DNA of 64,000 bases from the NCBI GenBank assembly GCA_964555645.1, contig CAZKTA010000004.1, forward strand, positions 46,742 through 110,741, in the 5' to 3' direction. The notes under the pieces are model-generated. The model was not told the origin of the DNA and made no database searches. It saw only the letters and a list, made by a program, of their open reading frames with translations. This document shows positions 42,069 to 52,286 of the stretch, piece after piece (position 1 is the stretch's first letter; every line of letters starts with the position of its first letter). This DNA is from an uncultured Verrucomicrobiota bacterium. GTDB lineage: Bacteria > Verrucomicrobiota > Verrucomicrobiia > Limisphaerales > DTLC01. A program made the translations under genes and the position numbers.

Positions 42069-44105
42069 TCACGGCGCAAGCTGCTTTACCGCTGTGTTCC
42101 CTGCGGTGTTTGTCATCACTAAGAAAACCGCGCCGTTTGCATTGACAAAAGCCCAATTCGTTTTCCCTCCCACACCCGTTGTGCTTACCGGTACCTCTGC
42201 CCACGGGATAGAGCTGAGCTGGGTTAGTGCAAGAAGGTTCGTCGCCACAATCGAGTTGGCGTGGATTCTCACAAATGAGTTCGAGCCGAATGTGTCACCC
42301 GAAGTAAAGGCCAGTCTGCGGCGTTCCAGATTTGTCGAGTTAAAGTATCCGTACAACCAGACACCATCAGTGTTGTTTGCGACTGCGTCTTGGGGGTTTA
42401 AGATTACGGCCAGCCGACCCCGAGAATGCATGTTTATGGCAGGGTGGTCGGCGGATGTGTAAGACTGGACCATGGCAGCCGCTCGATAGACCCATGTGTT
42501 GCCTGATTTTGATCGCCAGAAACCGTAATTGGCATTGCAGAACAGTTTTGCATTGGGACTTTCAGTTTCAAACCAGAGTGTGCCCGTGGACCCGTCGGGA
42601 GCCACATGTCCCCACCAATCATTTGGCGATGGCGCAAGAATCGTCACATTTAATTGTACTCCGGAACCCTTACCTAAAACCAGCGCATTTGTATTGCCGC
42701 CAACGGAGATTCTTCCGCCGAAAAAGTTAAGAGTCAAATTTGCGTCCGACACAATCATGTTTGTAGAAGCAAGGTGGCGTTCTATGTTGTTGTTGACAAA
42801 AGTAATTGTCCCGCCGCCACCGCCGAGAATTACAGGCCCGGTGTCCCCAATTTCGCAGTTTTCCACGATCAGACTTTTCAGTCCCGGGCCGTTTACTCTA
42901 ATACCCGGTATGTAACGCGGTTGGTTTTGCGCATTTCGGTTGTAGCCGATATTGCAATTTACGATGGACAACGAGTCTATCAGCCCCTCCAAAAGAATAT
43001 TTGCGTGCCCTTGATTGTAAATGTAGCAGTTTTCCAGTCGAATTGAACTTGGGCCGGATTGGTAAAAACCAAAACCAAAACCGCGAATACCGACGTTATG
43101 CGCAAAGAACTGCTCGCCATTTGCGGTGTAGTTGGCGTTGCTAATTGAAAGGCCGACGTTGACTACAGCACCGGTGGGTCCACTTAGCGAAACATCACGA
43201 ATCCACTGATTGTGAATGTAAGGAAAGCAAAGCCCGTTATACGATGGGTTGGTTTGAATTATCCGGCTTGCCCGCGGATTTTGTTCGTTATGGTTGTCTG
43301 ATCCGTCGCCGAATACATTCACAGCCCACGGGACTATTATGTTGGTGGAGATGTAGTACGTGCCTCCGGGAATATAGACTGTTGTTCCGTAGCCGCTTTG
43401 TTTTGCGGCGTTCAACGCTGCTTGTATAGCGGCTGAATCATCATTGGCATCACTGCCGTTGGCTCCAAACCAGCGCACGTCAATCCACCAGAACTGGTTG
43501 GTGCGCGCCACATTATGCGCCAAGCGTGCATCTGGTACAGTGCCAGAGACGAGTTGACTGGCATTGAGTGCGGTCAACCCAGCGCCATTGCCACTGAAGT
43601 GGTTAGCTGAGTTGACGAACGCGACTGCGCCGGTGTAAGTGCCGGCTAGGTTGGCAGATGGGATTATGCCTGTTAGTTGATTGGCAGGCAACAGACCGCT
43701 GAGTCTGCCCGCTGTAATTGCGTACGGGATGGGTGTAAGTTGCTGACGCGGTGAAAGCACAGTAAACTCAGCATCGCCGGTTGCGCGCACAGCAATTTCC
43801 AACCATCGGATGTCACCTGAGAAAACGCTTGGACCGAAATCTAACACGGCGGTGAGCAATCCATTTGTGACCCACAGCGTATTGTTTGTGATTGGGCCGG
43901 CAACGAGGACACCGCCGGTCGCAGCGTCGTAAATCGTAAATCGAAAATCGTAAAGTCCTTCTACAGGGACGCCGTTGGTGCTCAATCGGCCTTGGTAAGT
44001 GATAGCTGTGCCTTGAGCCAGCAGCCTGTGGCACTGCGCATTGAAGTGAAAACAAACTGCTAATGCAATGAGTAACCGTCGTGTTTTCGATTTGACTGAA
44101 GTCAT
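42069..44105 (-). CDS. Secreted fibre/tailspike-like protein with a pectate-lyase-3-type beta-helix
   Basis: Signal peptide; N-domain GTAITYQGRL...YDFRFTIYD...RWLEIAVR...PRQQLTPIPYA; short fibre repeats (ASQLVSGTVPDARL); beta-helix cap IDVRWFGANG...DDSAAIQAALNAA...VYIPGGTY. Confidence 0.75.
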   Translation of the reverse strand: MTSVKSKTRRLLIALAVCFHFNAQCHRLLAQGTAITYQGRLSTNGVPVEGLYDFRFTIYDAATGGVLVAGPITNNTLWVTNGLLTAVLDFGPSVFSGDIRWLEIAVRATGDAEFTVLSPRQQLTPIPYAITAGRLSGLLPANQLTGIIPSANLAGTYTGAVAFVNSANHFSGNGAGLTALNASQLVSGTVPDARLAHNVARTNQFWWIDVRWFGANGSDANDDSAAIQAALNAAKQSGYGTTVYIPGGTYYISTNIIVPWAVNVFGDGSDNHNEQNPRASRIIQTNPSYNGLCFPYIHNQWIRDVSLSGPTGAVVNVGLSISNANYTANGEQFFAHNVGIRGFGFGFYQSGPSSIRLENCYIYNQGHANILLEGLIDSLSIVNCNIGYNRNAQNQPRYIPGIRVNGPGLKSLIVENCEIGDTGPVILGGGGGTITFVNNNIERHLASTNMIVSDANLTLNFFGGRISVGGNTNALVLGKGSGVQLNVTILAPSPNDWWGHVAPDGSTGTLWFETESPNAKLFCNANYGFWRSKSGNTWVYRAAAMVQSYTSADHPAINMHSRGRLAVILNPQDAVANNTDGVWLYGYFNSTNLERRRLAFTSGDTFGSNSFVRIHANSIVATNLLALTQLSSIPWAEVPVSTTGVGGKTNWAFVNANGAVFLVMTNTAGNTAVKQLAP

Positions 44106-44489
44106 ATCGCAGATTGTTTCCTTAGTCGGCTTCGCGTTTTGAGGTTAGCTTTTGGTTTTGTTTCGACCCATCGTAGTCTTTTGTAAACCTTACGGAGCGC
44201 TATGCGCGCATGGCGATTTTTTAAAGCATGGTTTTTAACCTTTCAAGTCTGAAGTTGAGAGACCTAGAAGCGGCGTTTCCGCTGTGCGCAACTGGCACGA
44301 GCGTGTGATTGGTTGTCCTCAAAACATGCCAGGGCCAAAGAATAACGCAGGCCAATGCGGTGGGCAGAAAGCTTTGCCCGGAAAAAGCTTCGGCGTCGCT
44401 TGCTTTGGCTTCGTGAAGTGCAGAGTTACTAGCCGATTGATTTGGTTTGTGAGTTTGACCGGCTCGCTCATTTACACCAAACTAGCGGC

Positions 44490-45569
44490 ATGGGCAATGT
44501 ATTTGGCCGCTTGTTTAGAGTCATGACCTGGGGCGAGTCGCACGGTGGTGGTGTGGGTGTGGTTGTGGATGGTTGCCCGCCGCGCTTGGCGTTGAGCGAA
44601 GCCGACATCCAAGCCGAGCTTGACCGGCGCAGGCCCGGTCAATCTGACCTCGTGACGCCCCGGAAAGAAAGTGATGTAGTCCACATTTTGAGCGGTGTGT
44701 TCGAGGGCAAAACGCTTGGGACACCGATTTGCATGTGGGTCAGAAATGAAGACACACGACCACAGGATTACAAGGAGTTGCAGACGAAGTTCCGCCCGTC
44801 ACATGCTGACTACACTTACTTCGCAAAGTACGGGATCCGCAACTGGCATGGCGGGGGCCGTGCAAGCGCACGCGAGACAGTTGGTCGGGTAGCCGCAGGT
44901 GCAATTGCGAAGAAAATCTTGCGTTTGTATTACAACGTTGAGGTGCTTGCGTATGTCAAACAGGTGCACCGGATTGCAGCCGAGGTCAATCCCGAGAAGG
45001 TCACCTTTGCCCAGGTTGAGTCCAACCCGGTACGGTGCCCGGACAAACAAGCGGCTGCGCAGATGGCGCGACTTATCGAGCGTATGCGACAGCGCGGCAA
45101 CAGTGTGGGTGGCGTGATTGAATGCGTTGCGCGGGGTGTGCCGGCAGGTTGGGGCGACCCCGTATTTGACAAGCTCGAGGCCGACCTTGCCAAAGCAATG
45201 CTGAGTTTACCGGCTACAAAAGGATTCGAGATCGGTTCCGGGTTTGCCGGCGCGCTCATGACCGGTTCGGCGCATAACGATCCGTTCAGGGTCATAGGCG
45301 GCAAGGTTCGCACAACCAAGAATTACTCTGGCGGTGTGCAGGGCGGCATCTCAAATGGCGAAACGATTTATTTCAGGGTAGCGTTCAAGCCGACAGCGAC
45401 CGTCCTGGTCGAGCAGCAGACTGTGGACGTTCAGTTGCGCAACACCAAGATCAAGATGACAGGTCGGCACGACCCGTGTGTATTGCCTCGGGCGGTGCCG
45501 ATTGTCGAGGCAATGACGGCGCTGGTGTTGGTTGACCACGCGCTTCTGCACAAGGCACAGTGCGGATAA
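44490..45569 (+). CDS. aroC: Chorismate synthase
   Basis: [45 protein letters not shown] and GRHDPCV. Start ATG 44490. Confidence 0.97.
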   Translation: MGNVFGRLFRVMTWGESHGGGVGVVVDGCPPRLALSEADIQAELDRRRPGQSDLVTPRKESDVVHILSGVFEGKTLGTPICMWVRNEDTRPQDYKELQTKFRPSHADYTYFAKYGIRNWHGGGRASARETVGRVAAGAIAKKILRLYYNVEVLAYVKQVHRIAAEVNPEKVTFAQVESNPVRCPDKQAAAQMARLIERMRQRGNSVGGVIECVARGVPAGWGDPVFDKLEADLAKAMLSLPATKGFEIGSGFAGALMTGSAHNDPFRVIGGKVRTTKNYSGGVQGGISNGETIYFRVAFKPTATVLVEQQTVDVQLRNTKIKMTGRHDPCVLPRAVPIVEAMTALVLVDHALLHKAQCG

Positions 45570-45587
45570 TTTGCATACGACGGCAAA

Positions 45588-46088
45588 ATGGCCAGCTCGT
45601 ACAGTGCGCGCGCCCCGGCCTATCAATGGCTGGTGCTGGCGTTGTTTATTGGAATCTGTCTTGGAGTGGGTGCAGTTGGGGGTGTGGTCACGAGCGGGTC
45701 GGTCCAATCGTGGTACCCGCAGTTGCGCAAGCCGAACTGGACGCCGCCAAACTGGTTATTTGGTCCTGTATGGACAACGCTTTACATTTTGATGGCCGCG
45801 GCAGCCTGGCTGGTGTGGCGGGAAAGAAAAACAATCCGCGTGACTAAACCGCTTATGGCATTTTGGGTGCAACTGGGTCTAAACCTGCTCTGGTCTGTGT
45901 TGTTTTTCGGGTTGCGCAGTCCAGGCGCTGCATTCGCCGAAGTGCTGCTGTTGTGTTTAGCAGTGGGTGTGACGCTTGTGCTGTTTTGGCGCGTGAACAG
46001 GGTTTCGGGGTTGTTGCTCGTTCCGTACGCAATGTGGCTTGGCTTTGCTAGTGTGTTGAACGGTGTGGTTTGGTGGTTGAACTGGTAG
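45588..46088 (+). CDS. tspO: TspO/MBR tryptophan-rich sensory protein
   Basis: WYPQLRKPNWTPPNWLFGPVWT.LY, QLGLNLLWS.LFF and LLVPY..WL.FA..LN. Confidence 0.95.
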   Translation: MASSYSARAPAYQWLVLALFIGICLGVGAVGGVVTSGSVQSWYPQLRKPNWTPPNWLFGPVWTTLYILMAAAAWLVWRERKTIRVTKPLMAFWVQLGLNLLWSVLFFGLRSPGAAFAEVLLLCLAVGVTLVLFWRVNRVSGLLLVPYAMWLGFASVLNGVVWWLNW

Positions 46089-46338
46089 AAAGCCCGGGCG
46101 TTGACCCATATATTTCAAGCACTCGTTAAGGAGCGCATCCCGTACCGTTGTGTCCAACCGCGAGCGGCGGTTGTTTTGGTGAGCGGAATTTTGCCGATTT
46201 GCTCAGGCTCACAGGTGCACTATGTGCTATTCGGATAATTACCGGGCCAACCTGAAAAGGTTTTAACGGGCCGCTGAAAAATCCCGCATGCGCAAGACCG
46301 GCGGCGTATGTTCCTGCGTAACTATGAAAAAAACCTGA

Positions 46339-46728
46339 TTACGCCGATTCGATGATGATATTAGCATATTGGATAGTGTCGCCGGTTCGGATCAGGCCGA
46401 TTGCATGCGGCACACGTTTTTTGAACTGCACATGCGGTTCGTAATGCACTGGGATACCTTTCAGTGCCTCGGCAAAGGCAATTTGCACAGCTTTAGTATT
46501 GTGCAGTAGGAATTCTTTCGCCATCCATGCTTTGCCGATTACGAAGTTTGGTTTTATTGCCCTGAGCACTTGCAGCACGGTCGGCACATCGTCAACGAGC
46601 GATATGTCCACGGTCTCGATTTGCGGCCAAAATGGAAACCCCCTGTCGGCTATCACAAGTGCGTTAGTGTGCCGTACGCGGCTGAGTAAACTGTTTATGT
46701 GCGGATTGAGTATGCCTGACTTAAGCAT
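46339..46728 (-). CDS. RbsD/FucU family sugar pyranase/mutarotase
   Basis: MLKSGILNPHINSLLSRVRHTNALVIADRGFP, VDISL and IRTGDTIQYANIIIES. Start ATG 46728. Confidence 0.92.
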   Translation of the reverse strand: MLKSGILNPHINSLLSRVRHTNALVIADRGFPFWPQIETVDISLVDDVPTVLQVLRAIKPNFVIGKAWMAKEFLLHNTKAVQIAFAEALKGIPVHYEPHVQFKKRVPHAIGLIRTGDTIQYANIIIESA

Positions 46729-46851
46729 TGCACAAGGTTGTTTTGCGTGCATTATGATGAAAATGAATTGGATTTGGAAGTGCAAATATGGCAATTTAAA
46801 GCCCAACGCGACCTTGGTCGGCAGGAGTGTAAAAACCGGATACAAACGCTT

Positions 46852-47895
46852 ATGGAAACAAAACGTGTAATTGAAAAGGACCCCGAACTCAAAAAAGACG
46901 ACCTAATAGTTATAACTGGCGCAGGCGGATTCATTGGGGGCGCACTGGTGCGGTATTTCCACAACAAAGGATTTACCCGAATTCGCGCGGTTGATAAAAA
47001 ACCGCTTTCGGAATGGTACCAGCGTGTGCCAGGGGTCGAGTCGCTGTGCCTTGATCTGAGCCAGGAGGAAAACTGCAGGCGCGCCTGCGAAGGTGCAGTG
47101 GAGGTGTATCAACTTGCGGCTGACATGGGCGGCATGGGGTTCATCGAGCGGTTCAGGATCGAGTGTATGCGCAGCGTGCTCATAAACACGCACATGCTCG
47201 AGTCGGCGTACCGGGCAGGTGCACGGCGGTATTTCTTTTCGTCATCGGCGTGCGCTTACAACATTGCGTTACAGCAGGACCCGAATGTGCGCGCTTTGAA
47301 GGAATCGGATGCGTTTCCAGCAATGCCCGAGCGCGGGTACGGGTGGGAAAAATTGTACTCGGAACTGTTTTGCCAAGAGTACTGGGCCGAACGCGGCATG
47401 AAAACACTCATCGCACGGTTCCACAACGTTTACGGCCCGTTCGGTACGTGGGATGGGGGTCGTGAAAAGGCGCCCGCGGCGATTTGCCGCAAGGTGGTCG
47501 AAGCCATTGATAAAAACGACCTGCGAATTTCGATTTGGGGCGACGGTAAACAAACGCGCAGCTTCATGTACATAGACGACTGCGTCAAAGGCATTGACAT
47601 GATCATGCATTGCGACAAGCTGATTGCCACGCCGATCAACCTTGGCACAAGTGAGCTTGTCACAATTGACGAGTTGGTTAGCAAGGTTGAGCGAATTGCT
47701 GGGGTTACACTAAAGCGCGAATACGACCTGACCGCACCGCGTGGCGTGGCCGGGCGCAACAGCGACAATACCTTTATCAAGCAAGTGCTTGGGTGGGAAC
47801 CGAACACACCTCTGGACGTTGGCCTGCGGGTTACATACGATTGGATTAAAGAACAATACTACCGGCGCAAAGAAGGCAAACATGTTGTTGAATGA
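46852..47895 (+). CDS. Extended SDR NAD-dependent epimerase, GDP-mannose 3,5-epimerase-like
   Basis: TGAGGFIG, LAADMGGMGFI, SSACAY, YGWEK, RFHNVYGPFGTWDGGREKAPAAICRK, IWGDGKQTRSF and GRNSDN all resemble plant-type GME motifs. Start ATG 46852. Confidence 0.88.
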   Translation: METKRVIEKDPELKKDDLIVITGAGGFIGGALVRYFHNKGFTRIRAVDKKPLSEWYQRVPGVESLCLDLSQEENCRRACEGAVEVYQLAADMGGMGFIERFRIECMRSVLINTHMLESAYRAGARRYFFSSSACAYNIALQQDPNVRALKESDAFPAMPERGYGWEKLYSELFCQEYWAERGMKTLIARFHNVYGPFGTWDGGREKAPAAICRKVVEAIDKNDLRISIWGDGKQTRSFMYIDDCVKGIDMIMHCDKLIATPINLGTSELVTIDELVSKVERIAGVTLKREYDLTAPRGVAGRNSDNTFIKQVLGWEPNTPLDVGLRVTYDWIKEQYYRRKEGKHVVE

Positions 47896-48233
47896 CAGCG
47901 TGGCTTTAACCTTGGTGGTGGGCTTGGGAAACGGTGCGACGCATGTCTGGATCGAAAGGCGAATTTAAGCGTGGAATTTTCGGTTGGGGCGACCCGGTTA
48001 ATTGGCCATGTTGAAAAATTCGAATCGGCTCTGCCAATTTACCAGCGTCGGTTTGTAAATCATGACAGCCTTGCTTACGAGCCAGACGTGCGGTTTTAGT
48101 GGCGAAGTTTATGTTCGGCATTTGGGCTGAGCCACGATAGCGCGCATCAATGTTCACTAAACAACCTGAGGTCAGACTTGACCGCTTAATCCCAGCGCAG
48201 TAAGGCCACGTGCAACGCAGCAAAAATTTTACA

Positions 48234-49091
48234 ATGAAGTGTTCTGGCCAGCTTGACATCGCTCGGGTAATCGGTCGGATTCCGTACCGGATCGCCCTGG
48301 CAGGCGGTTGGATAGACCAGCCGTTTGTATCGCGGCACAATCCGGCCCCGCCCGGCTCGATGGTCGTGGTACAAATCGAGCCGACTTTTCGTGTGATGGA
48401 CCGCGCCGGGTTTGCCACCGGCACACGCGAGGTCGCGCTGCGACTTTGGAAGAGGCGGCTGCCGAAGAGGTCGCCAGAAAAGCTCGTGCGTGAGTTGTAC
48501 GAAGCTGAAAACAAAGGTAAAGCCGAGCCGAGCGGTTCACAGGACATGATCGGGTTGATTTACCCCGGGATTAACCGGCTCGATTACGATTTCGCCGTCA
48601 ATGGCGGTGTGTTCCCGGTACACATTGAGTCGTTGAATGACGCGCGCATTGCGCGGTGGCTCGAGCGTGTGCTGTATGTGTTGCCAGTCAACCAAAGGCC
48701 GGAAGGGTACAGCCCACTCGGCGTGAAAAATCTTGACCCGAAATGGATAGCGCGCCTTGGTCGGAGTGGCAGAGATTGTTTCGATGCGATTCGAAATTGC
48801 GATCTTAAAGGGCTCGGCGCCTCGATGAACGAATGCATGTTATGCTGGCAAAAGATTCTACCCTGTGTTGTACGGCATCCGACGATCAAGGTTGATCTTG
48901 TTGGATTATTACGTGTGTACCAGCAACGCTACCCGGGCGCGATGTTCTCCGGTTGTGGGGGCGGATATTTGTTTGTTGTATCAGACGAACCCGTGCCGGG
49001 CGCATTCAAGGTAAACATACGAATTGCAGCTAGCCACAACCTACCACCGCACATTCGCAATGGCCAGCGTAGGGCATTATCAGAAGGCTGA
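48234..49091 (+). CDS. Atypical GHMP-superfamily sugar kinase-like protein
   Basis: IPYRIALAGGWIDQP (compare HddA-type PxRIxxxGGGTD), SGSQDMIG and C-terminal SGCGGGY. The canonical GLGSS loop is replaced by RAGFATGT. Confidence 0.72.
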   Translation: MKCSGQLDIARVIGRIPYRIALAGGWIDQPFVSRHNPAPPGSMVVVQIEPTFRVMDRAGFATGTREVALRLWKRRLPKRSPEKLVRELYEAENKGKAEPSGSQDMIGLIYPGINRLDYDFAVNGGVFPVHIESLNDARIARWLERVLYVLPVNQRPEGYSPLGVKNLDPKWIARLGRSGRDCFDAIRNCDLKGLGASMNECMLCWQKILPCVVRHPTIKVDLVGLLRVYQQRYPGAMFSGCGGGYLFVVSDEPVPGAFKVNIRIAASHNLPPHIRNGQRRALSEG

Positions 49092-49130
49092 TGCCATGGG
49101 CAATCTTTGAATACCGAATCCCGCTAAAAC

Positions 49131-49985
49131 ATGCATGACCACGTCATAGTCACAGGCAGTTTCGACGACCTGCGCTCGAGCCAAGTTAGGTTTTTGCATG
49201 AGGCATCGCGGCTTGGGCCGGTGACAGTACTGATGTGGCCGGATGAACTGCTGGTGCGGCAGTTTGGTAGTCCGCCAAAGTTTCCCGAGCCGGAGCGTGT
49301 TTATCTAGTGGGTGCGCTTCGGTATGTTAACCGGGTGATTGTGGTTCCAGCGGGTTTGGCGGCGGGGGCAGGTTCGAATTTTTGGACTGAAATCGTTTCA
49401 TTCGCAAAACGGCTCGGGTTGGGACAGCTGCGATTGGTATTGAGGCAGTCGGAAGCTTCAGCTGACAAAGCCGCTGCGGCAGTTGGACATGGTATGGGCT
49501 ACACAATTATTCCCGACGATAAACTTGCTGGTTTTCCGGTGATTCAGCCAGAGTCGCGCGCAGATGAACCGCCGCGCAAAAAAGTGATCGTCACAGGGTG
49601 TTTTGATTGGCTCCATTCTGGTCACGTCAGGTTTTTTGAAGAGGTAAGCGCTCTGGGTGATCTGTACGTTGCTGTTGGTAACGATGCGAATGTGCGCATG
49701 CTCAAAGGGCCGGGGCATCCGCTGCATTCGCAGGACGAGCGCCGGTACATGGTGGCTTCTGTCCGGTACGTGAAACAGGCGCTCATTACGAGCGGCTCGG
49801 GCTGGCTTGATGCAGAGCCTGAGATTCTGTGGCTCAAACCTGACATCTATGCTGTGAACGAGGACGGTGACCGCGGCGGCAAACGCGAGTTCTGCAGGGC
49901 ACACGGCATTGAATATGTTGTACTAAAGCGCGAGCCCGCGCCGGGGTTACCCAGGCGCACTAGCACCGAGCTGCGGGGGTTCTAG
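49131..49985 (+). CDS. Tandem two-domain HxGH-type nucleotidyltransferase (RfaE/TagD-like)
   Basis: Domain 1 reads VTGSFDDLRSSQVRF (degenerate). Domain 2 reads VTGCFDWLHSGHVRFF...KPDIYAVNEDG...RRTSTELR. Confidence 0.88.
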   Translation: MHDHVIVTGSFDDLRSSQVRFLHEASRLGPVTVLMWPDELLVRQFGSPPKFPEPERVYLVGALRYVNRVIVVPAGLAAGAGSNFWTEIVSFAKRLGLGQLRLVLRQSEASADKAAAAVGHGMGYTIIPDDKLAGFPVIQPESRADEPPRKKVIVTGCFDWLHSGHVRFFEEVSALGDLYVAVGNDANVRMLKGPGHPLHSQDERRYMVASVRYVKQALITSGSGWLDAEPEILWLKPDIYAVNEDGDRGGKREFCRAHGIEYVVLKREPAPGLPRRTSTELRGF

Positions 49986-50169
49986 TTTGGTGGAGCTACA
50001 GTTAAGTCGACTGGCCCAAATGTGTCCCTGGGAGCCAAACCAAAAACTTGCAGTCAAAGAGTTTGCCCTGCAATATAATAAGCGCGCATGACAATTACTG
50101 TAGTCGCATCCAGCAGGACGGATTCGGCGGGGCATCGGAAACCCAAATGAAACCGGGAGAGTTTTGACC

Positions 50170-52278
50170 ATGACACACGTGTTTGCTGCAGCCACAGGTG
50201 GGTCAGCAAGTCTGCTGCGCCTGACGTTTATTGACCTTGTAATAATCGTTATTTATTTCGGTGCGGTTCTTGCCATTGGGTTTTACCTCAAGAAATACGC
50301 TCGCACCGGTGAAGATTTCTTTTTGGCCGGACGCAAAATGACGGCTTGGATCGCCGGTTTGAGTTTCATATCTGCTAACCTTAGCTCGCTCGAGACCATG
50401 GGCTGGAGCGCAATGGCTTATCAGTACGGTATGCTGGGCGCCCACGCATATTTCATCGGTGCGATTCCAGCCATTCTGTTTCTGGCGATTGTGATGATGC
50501 CGTTTTATTACATCTGCAGGACGCACTCGGTCCCGGGTTATCTGAAGTTGCGGTATGGCGAAGGCCCACGCGCAATTGCCGGGGTTACGTTCAGTTTCAT
50601 GACGGTAATGGTCAGTGGCGCGAGCATGTTTGCGATGGCAAAAATTTTGAATCTGTTGCTCGGCTGGAACATGAACGTGAGCATATGGGTCTCGTCGCTT
50701 ACAGTGGCGATCTACGTTGCGCTGGGCGGACTGCGCTCGGCGGTGTTCAACGAAGTGTTGCAGTATTTTCTGATCTGGGGTGGCTCACTCCTGATACCGA
50801 TTCTGGGTTTGATCGAGGCCGGCGGTTGGAACGGCATGATCCAGAAAATCCAGCAGCACGCCCCGATCATTCATCCTACCGTGCCAGATGCGGATTTCAC
50901 CAGTCTATGGCGCAATCTCGGCTCATTCGACACTAACCCGATGGGTATTGACTGGTTCGGTATGGTTTTTGGGCTGGGCCTGGCTGTGAGCTTTGGCTAT
51001 TGGTGCACGGACTTTTTGCAAGTCCAACGCGTGATGGTGGCCAAAGACCTCCGGTCCGCACAGAACGGCACGATTATAGGTGCGTTCCTCAAAATGATTG
51101 TACCGATTATTGTGACGATTCCCGGACTGCTTGGGCTTGCGGTCCTACTGAACGCGGACGGCTCACCCATGGTGCTTGTGCCAGAGCACGACCCGCGCGC
51201 AGGTATCACACACCATACATACAACGAGGTCTTGCCTTTGCTGATGGGTAAATATCTCGGGCCGGGCCTGCTCGGGCTGGGTGTGACAGCCATGATCGCC
51301 GGGTTCATGAGCGGCATGGCGGGCAACGTAAGCGCGTTCACGACCGTGTGGACGTATGACGTGTATCGCGCGTTATTGGTGAAGAACGCTTCAGATAAAC
51401 ACTACCTGCTCATGGGGCGGTTGAGCTCGATTGTAGGCGTATTGCTTTCGATAGCCACTGCTTACGCGCTGTTCTATTTCTCGAACATTCTGGAGTTTTT
51501 GCAAGTTCTGGTCTTTTTCTTCATCGTGCCATTGTTCGGTACGATTTTACTTGGCATGCTCTGGAAGCGCGCCACACCCGCAGGTGGCTTTTGGGGGTTC
51601 CTGACAGCGATCCTTGTCTCGATCTCGATGTGGGTTTTTGTGCATACTTTCCCCGACGGTCACCAGCCGCAACCGAAGGTCACGCTCAGCCGCGGCGCAA
51701 TTGTGAGCTTAGAAAAGGGTAGCGACGGTAAATTCAACACCATCATAGTTGAAAGCGGCGAAGTCGAGGTTGTAAACGTGGCCGGCTTACCGAAAGGTAA
51801 GGTTACCGCGCCGCTAACAATCCCGCCTAGGGTTGTTCAGAAAGATGCCGAAGTAAACGTGCAAGTGCTTGCCCCCGAGGTCGTTCTTTCGGACAAGCAG
51901 GAAAAGACCGGTTTCGGTGTAGATGCCATCCCGATTGTGCTTAAGCCTGGGGTGGAATTACAAACAGTGCAAATTACAAAGAAGTTCGCGCCCGCAGCGT
52001 TTAATCCGGCGCATACCAAGCTTATCGCCAGATCTGAGAAGGCAAAACCGATGGCTGTCAACATGTACAGCGCGTGGTGGTCTTTTGTAGTGTGCGTGTG
52101 TGTGACTTTTCTGGTAAGCCTGTTCACGAAACCGAAGCCGGAGCCAGAACTCAAAGACCTTGTAATGGGCCTGACTAAGCTGCCGGATGAAGGGCCGTGT
52201 CCGTGGTACAAGAAACCAATTCTGTGGGCGACTGTCTGCGCAGTGGTATTAGTGGCGATCAACATCATTTTCTGGTGA
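50170..52278 (+). CDS. Sodium:solute symporter (SSS/SLC5), sugar-type, with an inserted soluble domain
   Basis: EDFFLAGRKM, ISANLSSLE, VPGYLKLRYG, YVALGGLRSAVFNEVLQ, YWCTDFLQVQR, FTTVWTYDVY and GMLWKRAT. Confidence 0.93.
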   Translation: MTHVFAAATGGSASLLRLTFIDLVIIVIYFGAVLAIGFYLKKYARTGEDFFLAGRKMTAWIAGLSFISANLSSLETMGWSAMAYQYGMLGAHAYFIGAIPAILFLAIVMMPFYYICRTHSVPGYLKLRYGEGPRAIAGVTFSFMTVMVSGASMFAMAKILNLLLGWNMNVSIWVSSLTVAIYVALGGLRSAVFNEVLQYFLIWGGSLLIPILGLIEAGGWNGMIQKIQQHAPIIHPTVPDADFTSLWRNLGSFDTNPMGIDWFGMVFGLGLAVSFGYWCTDFLQVQRVMVAKDLRSAQNGTIIGAFLKMIVPIIVTIPGLLGLAVLLNADGSPMVLVPEHDPRAGITHHTYNEVLPLLMGKYLGPGLLGLGVTAMIAGFMSGMAGNVSAFTTVWTYDVYRALLVKNASDKHYLLMGRLSSIVGVLLSIATAYALFYFSNILEFLQVLVFFFIVPLFGTILLGMLWKRATPAGGFWGFLTAILVSISMWVFVHTFPDGHQPQPKVTLSRGAIVSLEKGSDGKFNTIIVESGEVEVVNVAGLPKGKVTAPLTIPPRVVQKDAEVNVQVLAPEVVLSDKQEKTGFGVDAIPIVLKPGVELQTVQITKKFAPAAFNPAHTKLIARSEKAKPMAVNMYSAWWSFVVCVCVTFLVSLFTKPKPEPELKDLVMGLTKLPDEGPCPWYKKPILWATVCAVVLVAINIIFW

Positions 52279-52286
52279 GGTAAACC

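Noticed and set aside
43928-43957. aaatcg heptamer-like run inside the fibre gene (similar runs at 29113-29137 and 2017-2070)
   Set aside because: At 43928 it simply encodes YDFRFTIYD. The others are short, irregular low-complexity tracts without spacers, so not CRISPR or a VNTR.
33913-44105. Prophage or integrative island explaining the adhesin/RHS/tailspike region
   Set aside because: No integrase, structural phage genes or att repeats seen. tRNA-Ser is separated from the region by rlmN.
46263-46320. ttaa-cgggccgctgaaaaa, resembling one end of the MITE at 2822
   Set aside because: No partner inverted repeat found nearby; at most a single degenerate end.
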